Source of the DNA: Christensenellales bacterium
GTDB taxonomy: Bacteria; Bacillota; Clostridia; Christensenellales; UBA1431
DNA length: 64,000 nucleotides
NCBI GenBank assembly: GCA_040772545.1
Contig: JAXGXY010000001.1
Span: 4,993-68,992 of the forward strand
Reading direction: 5' to 3'
How positions within the stretch are numbered: position 1 is the stretch's first letter; the number at the start of each line of letters is the position of its first letter. The position numbers were made by a program, and so were the translations under genes. Shown here one piece after another: positions 32,703-41,703 of the stretch. Under the pieces are notes generated by a model. The model had not been told where the DNA came from and did not search any database. It saw only the letters and a list, made by a program, of their open reading frames with translations.

Positions 32703-34324
32703 TGGAACTGCGGCCATACCAAATCGAGGCAAAGTCGGCGGTCCGGCAGCAATGGGCGAGCGGTAAAAAGAAAACGCTGCTGGTCTTGCCGACGGGCACC
32801 GGAAAGACGATCATCTTCTCCAAACTGACCGAGGACTGTGTCCGGGACGGCGAGCGGGTCCTGATCCTTGCCCACCGTGGCGAACTGCTAGACCAGGCGG
32901 CCGACAAGCTGAACCGGGCAACCGGTCTGGGCTGTGCCGTGGAAAAAGCGGAGGAATCCTGTCTAGGGAGCTGGTTCCGGGTGGTGGTCGGGTCCGTCCA
33001 GTCGCTCATGCGCGAAAAGCGGCTTAATCAGTTCCCGGACAACTTCTTCGATTCGATCATAGTAGACGAGGCGCACCATTGCATCAGCGACAGTTACCAG
33101 CGCGTGTTGCAGCATTTTGACGACGCAAAGGTGCTGGGCGTTACCGCTACCCCTGACCGCGGGGACATGCGGAACCTTGGTCAGTATTTCGAATCGCTGG
33201 CGTACGAGTACACTCTCCCGAAAGCGATCAAGGACGGGTATCTGTCGCCTATCAAGGCGCAGACCATACCGCTGAAGCTCGACCTGACCGGCGTCGGCCA
33301 GCAGGCCGGGGACTTTAAGGCAAGGGACCTGGGCACTGCTCTGGACCCGTACCTGTACCAGATCGCGGACGAGATGCAGAAGTACTGCATAGACCGCAAA
33401 ACCGTGGTGTTTCTGCCGCTTGTCAAGACCAGCCAGAAATTCAGGGACATCCTTCTTTCTCGGGGCTTTGACGCGGCTGAGGTGAACGGAAACAGCAAGG
33501 ACCGCGAGGAAGTACTGGCCGGCTTTAACGCCGACAGGTACAACGTGCTGTGCAACTCCATGCTGCTGACGGAGGGCTGGGACTGTCCGTCGGTGGACTG
33601 CATCGTTGTGCTTAGGCCCACAAAGATCCGCAGCCTCTACAGCCAGATGGTGGGGCGCGGCACACGGCTTCATCCCGGGAAGGACCACCTGCTTCTGCTG
33701 GACTTCCTGTGGCACACCGAAAGGCATGAGCTATGTCACCCGGCTCACCTGATTTGCGAGAACGAAGAAGTCGCGAAGCAGATGACCGCCAACATCGAGG
33801 CGGCCGGCTGCCCGGTGGACATCGAAGCGGCCGAGCAAAAGGCCACCGAGGACGTCGTAGCGGCCCGGGAGGAAGCCCTTGCGAAGAAGCTGCAGGAGAT
33901 GAAGAGCCGCAAGCGCAAGCTGGTGGATCCCCTGCAGTTCGAAATGAGCATCCAGGCGGAGGACCTTTCAAGCTATGTCCCGGCGTTCGGCTGGGAGATG
34001 GGCCCGCCAACAGAAAAGCAAGTCAGGACCCTTGAAAAACTGGGTATATTCCCGGACGAGATCGAGAGCGCGGGCAAGGCCGCAAAGCTCCTCGACCGGC
34101 TGGACAAACGCCGGATAGAAGGGCTCACAACCCCGAAACAAATCCGGTTCCTGGAGGGCAGGGGCTTCCAGCACGTAGGCAAGTGGGACTTCGAACACGC
34201 AAGGCGCCTGATCGACCGCATCGCTGCCAACGGATGGAAGGTCCCCCGGAACATCAACCCTGCAGAATACAAGCCCGCACAGCAAGAGGTGGTTGAATGG
34301 CAGAGAGATATAATCACGATCTGA
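32702..34324 (+). CDS. DEAD/DEAH-box (SF2) helicase
   Basis: Motif I LPTGTGKT, motif II VDEAHH, motif III TATP, motif VI QMVGRGTRL. Confidence 0.85.
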   Translation: MELRPYQIEAKSAVRQQWASGKKKTLLVLPTGTGKTIIFSKLTEDCVRDGERVLILAHRGELLDQAADKLNRATGLGCAVEKAEESCLGSWFRVVVGSVQSLMREKRLNQFPDNFFDSIIVDEAHHCISDSYQRVLQHFDDAKVLGVTATPDRGDMRNLGQYFESLAYEYTLPKAIKDGYLSPIKAQTIPLKLDLTGVGQQAGDFKARDLGTALDPYLYQIADEMQKYCIDRKTVVFLPLVKTSQKFRDILLSRGFDAAEVNGNSKDREEVLAGFNADRYNVLCNSMLLTEGWDCPSVDCIVVLRPTKIRSLYSQMVGRGTRLHPGKDHLLLLDFLWHTERHELCHPAHLICENEEVAKQMTANIEAAGCPVDIEAAEQKATEDVVAAREEALAKKLQEMKSRKRKLVDPLQFEMSIQAEDLSSYVPAFGWEMGPPTEKQVRTLEKLGIFPDEIESAGKAAKLLDRLDKRRIEGLTTPKQIRFLEGRGFQHVGKWDFEHARRLIDRIAANGWKVPRNINPAEYKPAQQEVVEWQRDIITI

Positions 34325-36519
34325 AAGAGATCCTTTCGTACATCGATCCGGCCTTGCTCGATTATCAGGAGTGGGTCAGCGTGGGCATGGCGCTTAAGGA
34401 AGCCGGGTATACAGCGGCGGACTGGGACGAATGGAGCCGCAGGGACACAGCGCGGTATCACAACGGCGAATGTTTTAAGAAGTGGGAGAGCTTTCGCGGA
34501 GCTTCTCCGCCGGTTACGGCGGGGACGATCGTGCAGATCGCAAAAGACCACGGTTGGATGTCTGCAGCCGGCGGCTATGAGCTGGACTGGAGCGATATCA
34601 TCGGTGCGAAGGACGAACTGGTGGTCATCGACAACAGCTGGTTGGAGGGAGAAGAGATTACCGAGCCGGAGAGATGGGACCCGGTCACGCATCTGGTGAA
34701 GTATCTGGAAACTCTTTTTGAAGCCTCCGAAAACGTCGGTTATGTATGCGACAGTTGGGAGAAGGACGGCAAATACTTCCCCACAAAAGGGTGCTGGGAC
34801 CGGACGGCCGGGGAGCTTATCCAGCAGCTGAACCAGTGCGGCGGTGACATAGGCGCCGTGTTGGGCGACTACAAGCCGGAGGTTGGGGCATGGATACGGT
34901 TCAACCCCCTGGACGGTAACGGCTGCAAGAACGAGAACGTAACAGACTTCCGGTATGCCCTTGTGGAGTCCGACACGATGGACATCGATAAACAGCACGC
35001 CATTATACGGGAGCTGGAGTTGCCTGTCGCTTGCCTGGTGCACAGCGGGAAGAAAAGCCTGCATGCGATCGTGAGGATCGATGCGGCCAACTACGACGAG
35101 TACCGCAAGCGGGTGGATTATCTCTACGCGGTGTGCCAGAAGAACGGGCTGAAGATCGACAGCCAGAACCGCAACCCGTCCCGGCTTTCCAGGATGCCGG
35201 GCGTTATGCGCGGCGGACACAAGCAGTTCCTGGTCGATACCAATATCGGCAAAGAATCGTGGAAAGAATGGCAGGAGTGGATCGAGAGCGTTAATGACGA
35301 CCTGCCCGAGCCGGAGACACTTATATCCGTATGGGACAACCTGCCGGATCTCTCGCCCCCGCTGATTGATAACGTACTGCGGCAAGGCCACAAAATGCTG
35401 CTTGCAGGGCCGTCCAAGGCCGGGAAATCGTACGCGCTCATCGAACTGTGCTGTGCCATTGCCGAGGGCAGGAAATGGCTGGACTGGGACTGCACTCAAG
35501 GCAAGGTGATGTACGTCAATCTGGAACTGGACCGGGCAAGCTGCCTGCACAGGTTCAAGGACGTATACGGCGCCTTGGGATGGGATGCAAAAACCCTCGG
35601 GAACATCGATATCTGGAACCTGCGGGGCAAGTCTGCGCCGATGGACAAGCTGGCCCCGAAACTGATTCGACGGGCGGCAAAGAAGAATTACATCGCCATC
35701 ATCATAGACCCGATCTATAAGGTCATAACAGGCGACGAGAACAGCGCGGACCAGATGGCGCATTTCTGCAACCAGTTCGATCGAGTGTGCTCCGAGCTAG
35801 GGGCGGCCGTGGTTTACTGCCACCACCACAGCAAAGGCATGCAAGGGCAGAAACGCAGCATGGACCGGGCATCCGGCTCGGGCGTTTTTGCCCGGGACCC
35901 GGACGTGCTTCTGGACCTGATCGAGCTGGAACTCAACGAAGACATCCTCAAGCAGGAGACCAACAAAGCGGTTTGCAGAGTATGCGAAGACTGGCTGAAG
36001 GAGCGTGTAAAGGACTGGGATGGCGAGGTTTCACAGGACGACCTGTGCAGCGAAAAGGCCATGCTGGGAGCCTGTAAGCGGCTCCTAAGCGAGGAAGCCT
36101 ACAAAGCCCTGCAGGGGGCCGTAGAAACCGCCAGAACTGCCTCACAGCGCCGCTCTGCGTGGCGTATCGAAGGGACGCTGCGCGAGTTCCCCAAGTTCTC
36201 GCCGGTTAATCTGTGGTTCGATTACCCGGTGCATTCCGTGGACAATGTGGGGGTGCTCAAGGATGTCGACGCCGAGGGCGAAAAGCCGCCTTGGCAACGC
36301 GGCATAGAAAAGCGCAAAGCAAACGCCAAGAAGGTCAAAAAGAGCAAGAAGGCCGAGTTTGAGAACGCGGTCAGCAATTGCAACTTCGGAGACCCTCCAT
36401 CTGTGGATATGCTGTGCGAGGCACTTAACCTCGCAAGGCGTACCGTAGAAGGCAGAATGAGAGAATTTGGCTACGAAGTGAAACAAGGCAAGGTAGTTAA
36501 GAAGGAGGAATCGGCATGA
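34297..36519 (+). CDS. phage primase/replicative ATPase (PriCT-like N-terminus, primase-like middle, RepA/AAA_25-like P-loop C-half)
   Basis: YQEWVSVGMALKEAGY...WDEWSRRD (PriCT-type). Walker A LLAGPSKAGKSY and IIIDPIYK Walker B-like block. 740 aa. Confidence 0.7.
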   Translation: MAERYNHDLKEILSYIDPALLDYQEWVSVGMALKEAGYTAADWDEWSRRDTARYHNGECFKKWESFRGASPPVTAGTIVQIAKDHGWMSAAGGYELDWSDIIGAKDELVVIDNSWLEGEEITEPERWDPVTHLVKYLETLFEASENVGYVCDSWEKDGKYFPTKGCWDRTAGELIQQLNQCGGDIGAVLGDYKPEVGAWIRFNPLDGNGCKNENVTDFRYALVESDTMDIDKQHAIIRELELPVACLVHSGKKSLHAIVRIDAANYDEYRKRVDYLYAVCQKNGLKIDSQNRNPSRLSRMPGVMRGGHKQFLVDTNIGKESWKEWQEWIESVNDDLPEPETLISVWDNLPDLSPPLIDNVLRQGHKMLLAGPSKAGKSYALIELCCAIAEGRKWLDWDCTQGKVMYVNLELDRASCLHRFKDVYGALGWDAKTLGNIDIWNLRGKSAPMDKLAPKLIRRAAKKNYIAIIIDPIYKVITGDENSADQMAHFCNQFDRVCSELGAAVVYCHHHSKGMQGQKRSMDRASGSGVFARDPDVLLDLIELELNEDILKQETNKAVCRVCEDWLKERVKDWDGEVSQDDLCSEKAMLGACKRLLSEEAYKALQGAVETARTASQRRSAWRIEGTLREFPKFSPVNLWFDYPVHSVDNVGVLKDVDAEGEKPPWQRGIEKRKANAKKVKKSKKAEFENAVSNCNFGDPPSVDMLCEALNLARRTVEGRMREFGYEVKQGKVVKKEESA

Positions 36520-36761
36520 GTAAATTTACCGCCGCAACCATAAAAACAAGGTCGATGCGGTTGAACCGTCGCAACCATAAATTGATGGTGCATGCGGTAA
36601 CCGTCGCAACCTTAAAATCATGGTTGCGGAAAATCTCCGGAAATTACCGCAGAAACCTTAAAAACATGGTTGCGGTAGCTTACCGCCGCAACCATATACT
36701 CCTTTCAGGAGTAAAAACTGCGGTGCGCTGCGCGACCGTCACGTATGGGTACGGTAGGTGA
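36516..36761 (+). CDS. questionable 81-aa basic ORF spanning the iteron array
   Basis: It has a strong SD (GAAGGAGGAA) and an ATGA overlap with the primase gene. Its sequence, however, is dictated by the DNA repeats (RRNH, VATLK recur). It may be real, since lambda ori lies inside gene O, or it may be spurious. Confidence 0.3.
   Translation: MSKFTAATIKTRSMRLNRRNHKLMVHAVTVATLKSWLRKISGNYRRNLKNMVAVAYRRNHILLSGVKTAVRCATVTYGYGR
36528..36701 (+). repeat. iteron array (candidate phage replication origin)
   Basis: Five direct ~20-bp units ACCGYCGCAACCWTAAAWNN start at 36528, 36565, 36600, 36646 (degenerate) and 36682. Two inverted cores ATGGTTGCGG lie at 36620-36629 and 36666-36675. Confidence 0.75.
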
Positions 36762-36796
36762 CCTCGTGAGGGGGCGAGGTCACCCCTACCCCATAC
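36743..36796. repeat. long imperfect inverted repeat flanking the iterons
   Basis: GTATGGGTACGGTAGGTGACCTCG / CGAGGTCACCCCTACCCCATAC, with a perfect 10-bp core at 36757-36766 / 36775-36784. Confidence 0.6.
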
Positions 36797-36840
36797 ATGA
36801 CGGGTGACAAAAGAGGTCAGAGTTGAAAAGAGGAAATGTG

Positions 36841-37068
36841 ATGAAAAGTGTAAAGATAAGTGCTAAGATTCAGGCTGCAAAAACTATGCCACCGTTGAGG
36901 CATAGTTTACCTGGACAAGAGTTTGATATTGCTAAAAGTGAAGTAGTTCAATGGTTAACTAATCAGCCTGAAATCTTGCAATGGCTTTTTGAGAGCGTTA
37001 AAGACAAAGCTCTGATAGCATATAATCCCTCGAATGGAACATGGCAAGGTGTCGATTATGCAGACTGA
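36841..37068 (+). CDS. hypothetical protein in an AT-rich moron-like segment
   Basis: ATG 36841 follows AAGAGGAAA. The local sequence is visibly AT-rich relative to its flanks. No recognisable motifs. Confidence 0.45.
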   Translation: MKSVKISAKIQAAKTMPPLRHSLPGQEFDIAKSEVVQWLTNQPEILQWLFESVKDKALIAYNPSNGTWQGVDYAD

Positions 37069-37459
37069 GTTCTTTATCCCGCTGGCTAAAGTCCCGACCA
37101 AAACGCATCAGGAGAAACAGGTCAGAGTGGTCAAGGGCAAACCGGTATTTTACGAGCCGGCTGAACTGCAGGCGGTGCGTTCGAAATTGGAAGCTCATCT
37201 GGCAAAGCATGTGCCGCCTCGAAAACACACCGGCGCTATCAGGTTGGTAACCAAGTGGTGTTTTCCGATCGCCGGCAAGCACCGGGACGGTGAATACAAA
37301 ACGACAAGGCCGGACACTGACAACCTGCAGAAAATGCTCAAGGACGTCATGACACACCTTGGATACTGGACGGATGACGCGCTGGTGGCATCGGAGATCA
37401 TCGAAAAATTCTGGGCACAAAAACCGGGAATCTATATCAGGATCACGGAGATAGCGTGA
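37058..37459 (+). CDS. rusA: RusA-family Holliday junction resolvase
   Basis: RPDTDNLQKMLKDVM...DDALV is the catalytic Asp-rich RusA signature. About 133 aa. Confidence 0.8.
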   Translation: MQTEFFIPLAKVPTKTHQEKQVRVVKGKPVFYEPAELQAVRSKLEAHLAKHVPPRKHTGAIRLVTKWCFPIAGKHRDGEYKTTRPDTDNLQKMLKDVMTHLGYWTDDALVASEIIEKFWAQKPGIYIRITEIA

Positions 37460-37478
37460 TTCGAAAGGAGTCAGAATT

Positions 37479-37811
37479 ATGCAGACGAAAGGCGAAGCAA
37501 TGATCCTGGGGATCGACAAAATCCGGGAAGGGCTGGAGTTGATATCTCAGCTCGGAGACAAGCAAGACCTGGTAAAAATGCTGGTCAGTTCGCCGGCGGC
37601 CGCGATTCGGCTAAAGGACCTCATGAGAAACAACAGGATCTTCCAAACCATGACGGTGTCGCTGGTCTCGGCTAAGAACAGCCGTCTCAGCCAGGAGACA
37701 GTCGACAAAGTCATCACAGACTTTTTAGACGTGCTTTTCGACCTATCGAGGCCCTACAAGGAAGACCCGGAAGATGGTCAAGATACGGATATCGTTGCGC
37801 ACAGAGAGTGA
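37479..37811 (+). CDS. hypothetical phage protein
   Basis: 110-aa ORF with coding-like composition and no recognisable motif. Confidence 0.4.
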   Translation: MQTKGEAMILGIDKIREGLELISQLGDKQDLVKMLVSSPAAAIRLKDLMRNNRIFQTMTVSLVSAKNSRLSQETVDKVITDFLDVLFDLSRPYKEDPEDGQDTDIVAHRE

Positions 37812-37897
37812 CAAGAAAAAAGGCGCCTTCCCGGCGCCAGCGTGTAATGAAACGATCTCAATGACATTATACCAGACGCCGGGGATGGAGGCAAGCC

Positions 37898-38293
37898 ATG
37901 GATCTGCAGACTCTGCGTGATCGGCATAACCGGATCGAGAACCTGAAAGAGCGTATCGAGCGCCTGCGTTCCGCTATGGAACTGGGTGCCCGGCAGCTTC
38001 GGGTAGCGCCGGCAAGGAACGCGGCGCGCAGCAAGCTCGAAGAGGACATGATAAAGCTGGACGAGCTGGAGCGCGAGCTGGTGGGGGAAGTGGCCGCTTT
38101 TGAGCAGGAGATACGGAAAGCCGAGCAGTTGCTTGAGGGGCTCCCGGTAAGGGAACAGCTCATCATACGGTTGCGGTACGTTGACGGACTAAGCTGGCGC
38201 CGGGTGGCGAGGAAGGCGCATTACAGCGAGCAGCATTGCAGACGTATCCATAAGGCTGCGCTGAAAAAGATGAGCGTAAATGCGCGCTTCTGA
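37898..38293 (+). CDS. sigma-70 region-4-like (DUF1492/RinA-type) late transcription regulator
   Basis: C-terminal LPVREQLIIRLRYVDGLSWRRVARKAHYSEQHCRRIHKAALKKM resembles the sigma region 4 HTH. It sits just before the packaging genes. Confidence 0.6.
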   Translation: MDLQTLRDRHNRIENLKERIERLRSAMELGARQLRVAPARNAARSKLEEDMIKLDELERELVGEVAAFEQEIRKAEQLLEGLPVREQLIIRLRYVDGLSWRRVARKAHYSEQHCRRIHKAALKKMSVNARF

Positions 38294-38436
38294 TATGGTA
38301 TTGTGATACTGTGAGAATCTGCGGAGCATTAATAGAATCCCGAAAATTTATTCTTCTCATATCATGCACGTTACATCCATGGTGAACGTACTATGAACAG
38401 TTCAGTAAAAAACGCTGAAGAAAAGGAGAAGAATAA

Positions 38437-38583
38437 ATGGGCGGATTTTTTGGTGGCAACAGTTCGTATGGCAACGGCGGCTGTTCGAGTATCCTTTGGA
38501 TAATCATTCTGCTGTGCTGCTGCGGCGGCTTTGGCGGAGACGGCTGCGGTTGCGGCGGCGGTAGCAGCTGCGGCTGTGGGTGA
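38437..38583 (+). CDS. 48-aa Gly/Cys-rich membrane peptide
   Basis: Not in the ORF track. SD AAAAGGAG lies ~8 nt upstream of the ATG. Sequence: MGGFFGGNSSYGNGGCSSILWIIILLCCCGGFGGDGCGCGGGSSCGCG. A hairpin with a T run follows near 38654-38688. Confidence 0.5.
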   Translation: MGGFFGGNSSYGNGGCSSILWIIILLCCCGGFGGDGCGCGGGSSCGCG

Positions 38584-39016
38584 AAATTAAGTTTGCAGCT
38601 ATCACCATACATCTACAGCGCACATAACATCAACTTTTTCTTATCAGGAGGATTAAAAGCCCTTGGCAATGCCCGGGGCTTTTTACGTGCAGGAGGAGCA
38701 AGTATCCATGAGGCATATTATCCGGTGGATCACGATGCCCAGGACGTGCAAAGAGTGCAGTCACTGGAGCAGTCTGCTTCTGCGTTGTACACTGTCCCGC
38801 TGCAAGTACAGGGCGAGGCGTTAAATCACCACATAACGGCGAATAACGAGAATAGCAATAATGTAAACCCCACATACGCGTAAAAATATATGCATTACGG
38901 GTCCTTTCAGGGGCCCCGGGGGGTAGCGGGGCTGGCGAAGCCCGAAACTTGTCTAGCTGCCGAAAAATTTTTGAGGCTGCTTCCTTCCGTTTTTGGGGCC
39001 GGTCTAAGGTGGTCAC

Positions 39017-39562
39017 ATGGAGAGCAAAAAGCACAGATCGATCGACGGCGTCGTCGTGACGACGGGCGTGATGGCCAGCCTTTTGGGCGTAAGCGATCGC
39101 CGCATACGGCAGATGGTCGAGGAAGGCATTATCCCCCGGAAAGCCAACGGTGCCTTCGAGTTGGTGCCGGTCGTCAAGCAGTACATCCTCTACCTGAAGA
39201 CGAAGAACGACACGGCGAGGGACAGGGACGAGCCGGAGGTGCTCCGGGCGCGGGAGCAGGCGCGGCTGGAGAAAGCGAAGCGCGAGACCGCGGAACTGAA
39301 GCTCGCGATCATGCGCGGCCAGTACCACCGCGCCGACGCGGTAAAAACCGTGATGACCGCTATGCTGGGCACTTTCAAGGGCCGGATACGGTCGCTGCCG
39401 GTGAAGATAGCCGCCCAGATCAGGCCGGGGATGGGCATGGCGGAGACAGCGGGCCTTATCGGCAGGGAGATCGACGAGTGTCTCCTGGAACTCAGCGACT
39501 ACGACCCGGGCGCTTTCAGCCCGGACGAGATCGAGGGGGAAGAAGGCGAAGACGAGAGCTGA
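39017..39562 (+). CDS. terminase small subunit (Nu1-like HTH)
   Basis: N-terminal HTH VVTTGVMASLLGVSDRRIRQMVEEGIIP, a coiled-coil middle and an acidic tail. Immediately upstream of the large subunit. Confidence 0.75.
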   Translation: MESKKHRSIDGVVVTTGVMASLLGVSDRRIRQMVEEGIIPRKANGAFELVPVVKQYILYLKTKNDTARDRDEPEVLRAREQARLEKAKRETAELKLAIMRGQYHRADAVKTVMTAMLGTFKGRIRSLPVKIAAQIRPGMGMAETAGLIGREIDECLLELSDYDPGAFSPDEIEGEEGEDES

Positions 39563-39567
39563 TTTGA

Positions 39568-41418
39568 ATGACCGACAGGAAGACTTGCGAGCTGTTCAGG
39601 GAGATCGCGCGCTCGATCGCGCCGCCTCCGAAGCTGACGGTCTCCGAGTGGGCGGACGCGTACAGGCGGCTGTCCACGGAGAGCTCGGCGGAGGCCGGGC
39701 AGTGGCGGACGGACCGCGCGCCCTACCAGCGGGAGATCATGGACGCGGTCTCGGACCCTGCCGTAGAAACGGTAGTAATCATGTCCTCCGCGCAGGTGGG
39801 GAAAACGGAAATCATCCTGAACTCGATCGGGTACTTCATCGACTACGACCCGGCGCCGATTCTCATGATCATGCCGACGGACGACATGGCGCAGTCGCTC
39901 TCGAAGGACAGGCTCCAGCCGATGCTGGAGACGTCGCCGACGCTGGCGTCGAAGACCGCCGAAGCGAAGTCGCGGGACACGGCCAACACCATCAAGCACA
40001 AAAAGTTTGCCGGCGGGCATATCACGCTGATCGGCGCGAACAGCCCGGCGCAGCTCGCGTCGCGGCCGATACGGATCGTTTTTGCCGATGAGATAGACAG
40101 GTTCCCCGTTACCGCGGGCAGGGAAGGGGACCCGCTCTCGCTCGCGATCAAGCGCACGACGACGTTCTGGAACCGCAAGCACGTGTTCACGAGCACGCCC
40201 ACGATCAAGGACGCGAGCCCGATCGAACGGGAATACAACTCGAGCACCATGGAAGAGTGGACGCTCCCCTGCCCGGAATGCGGGACGTACCAGCCGCTGC
40301 TGTGGGAGAACGTGAAATTCGAGCGCGACGACGAGAAAAGGGTCACGTCGGTGGGCATGGTCTGCACGTACTGCGGCGCTTTGTCGGACGAAATCGCCTG
40401 GAAATCGGGGACGGGGAAATGGCGGGCGGAGCACCCGGAGCGGCAGAGCAAACGGGGGTTCCACCTCAACGAACTCGCCTCGCCCTGGAAACCGTGGAAA
40501 AGGTTCGTCGAGGACTTCCTGGAAGCGAAGAAGAACCCGGAGACCCTGAAAACCTGGGTGAACACCTCGCTGGGGAACCCCTGGGAAGAGTTCGGGGAGC
40601 TGGACGCCGGCGAACTGATCGCAAAACGGCGAAAGATGTACAACTGCGAGGTCCCGGACGAGGCGCTTTGCCTGACCTGCGGCGTGGACGTCCAGGACAA
40701 CCGCCTCGAGTACGAGGTCGTGGGCTGGGGCCTAGGGCACAGGAGCTGGGGGATCCGCTACGGCGTGATCATGGGCGACCCGGGGCAGGACTTCGTGTGG
40801 GAACAGCTCGACGCTGTGCTAACGAGGAAATACACAAGGCGGGACGGGCAGCAGCTGGAAATCATGAGCGCCTGTGTGGACTCGGGCGGCCACTACACCA
40901 CGGAGGTGTACCGGTACTGCCGGGCGCGGGAAACGCGCCGGGTGTGGGCGATCAAAGGGCAGGGCGGCAGCGGCGTACCGTTCATCCAGAGGCCGAAGCA
41001 CCGGAACGCGGCGGGGGTCTGGCTGTTCAACATCGGCGTCGACGTGGGGAAGGACACGGTCACGAGCCGGCTGAAGGTGGAGTTCGAGGGCGACCCCGGG
41101 TACTGCAGCTTCCCGATGGAAGCTGAGCGCGGGTACGACGCGGACTACTTCGACGGCCTGACATCGGAGCGCCGCGTGACCCGGCACAACAAGGGACAGG
41201 CCGTCATCCGGTGGGAAAAACGCACGTCCGGCGCACGGAACGAGCCGTTCGACATCCGAAACTACGCCACGGCGGCGCTCGATATCCTCAACCCGGCGCT
41301 CGAAATGCTGGACAAACGTCTGAACGGAGACCGGAATCAGGGAGCAAAACCCGGCCTAGCCGGGGCGAACCCGGCGTTAAAACGCCGCGGGAACATCTCA
41401 AAAGGGGTGGTTTTGTAG
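39568..41418 (+). CDS. terminase large subunit, GpA (lambda) family
   Basis: 616 aa. Walker A-like SSAQVGKTE and the FADEIDRF block, plus a zinc-ribbon CPECG...CTYCG, as in GpA-type terminases. Confidence 0.85.
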   Translation: MTDRKTCELFREIARSIAPPPKLTVSEWADAYRRLSTESSAEAGQWRTDRAPYQREIMDAVSDPAVETVVIMSSAQVGKTEIILNSIGYFIDYDPAPILMIMPTDDMAQSLSKDRLQPMLETSPTLASKTAEAKSRDTANTIKHKKFAGGHITLIGANSPAQLASRPIRIVFADEIDRFPVTAGREGDPLSLAIKRTTTFWNRKHVFTSTPTIKDASPIEREYNSSTMEEWTLPCPECGTYQPLLWENVKFERDDEKRVTSVGMVCTYCGALSDEIAWKSGTGKWRAEHPERQSKRGFHLNELASPWKPWKRFVEDFLEAKKNPETLKTWVNTSLGNPWEEFGELDAGELIAKRRKMYNCEVPDEALCLTCGVDVQDNRLEYEVVGWGLGHRSWGIRYGVIMGDPGQDFVWEQLDAVLTRKYTRRDGQQLEIMSACVDSGGHYTTEVYRYCRARETRRVWAIKGQGGSGVPFIQRPKHRNAAGVWLFNIGVDVGKDTVTSRLKVEFEGDPGYCSFPMEAERGYDADYFDGLTSERRVTRHNKGQAVIRWEKRTSGARNEPFDIRNYATAALDILNPALEMLDKRLNGDRNQGAKPGLAGANPALKRRGNISKGVVL

Positions 41419-41449
41419 TGGAAAACCGGGGAAAAGCAGGTGAAAGACC

Positions 41450-41689
41450 GTGACGAACATACGTTCGGAGGCGCTGAAAACGCGCCTTCAGCAGTATCTG
41501 GACTGCGAAACGGCCATACTGAGCGGCGCGCAGAGCTACGCGATCGGGAGCCGCAACCTTACGCGGGCGAACCTTCGGGAGATCGCGGCGATGATCAGGT
41601 ACCTCGAGGCGGAAATCGCCAAAGAAGAAGCCGCCGCGGCCGGCAGGGGCAGGAACGCCTGCGCCGGCGTGATCCCCCGCGATCTTTGA
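41450..41689 (+). CDS. gpW-like head-tail joining protein
   Basis: 79 aa with a GTG start. It lies between terminase and portal, as lambda W does. Contains the SYAIGSRNLTRANLREI pattern. Confidence 0.55.
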   Translation: MTNIRSEALKTRLQQYLDCETAILSGAQSYAIGSRNLTRANLREIAAMIRYLEAEIAKEEAAAAGRGRNACAGVIPRDL

Positions 41690-41703
41690 GGCGGTGAGCG
41701 GTT

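Noticed and set aside
33973-35763. 596-aa minus-strand ORF
   Set aside because: It is antisense to the helicase and primase genes, which carry clear SF2 and P-loop motifs. Its composition is shadow-like.
38391-38612. 73-aa minus-strand Pro/Gln-rich ORF
   Set aside because: It is the mirror image of the plus-strand Gly/Cys-rich peptide ORF, which has a proper SD. The minus-strand ORF has none.
38593-38883. 96-aa plus-strand ORF upstream of the terminase. A competing 38-aa Cys-containing ORF (38708-38824) has an AGGAGG SD.
   Set aside because: Neither has recognisable similarity and they overlap in different frames. The region also contains a terminator-like hairpin. The evidence is insufficient to call either.
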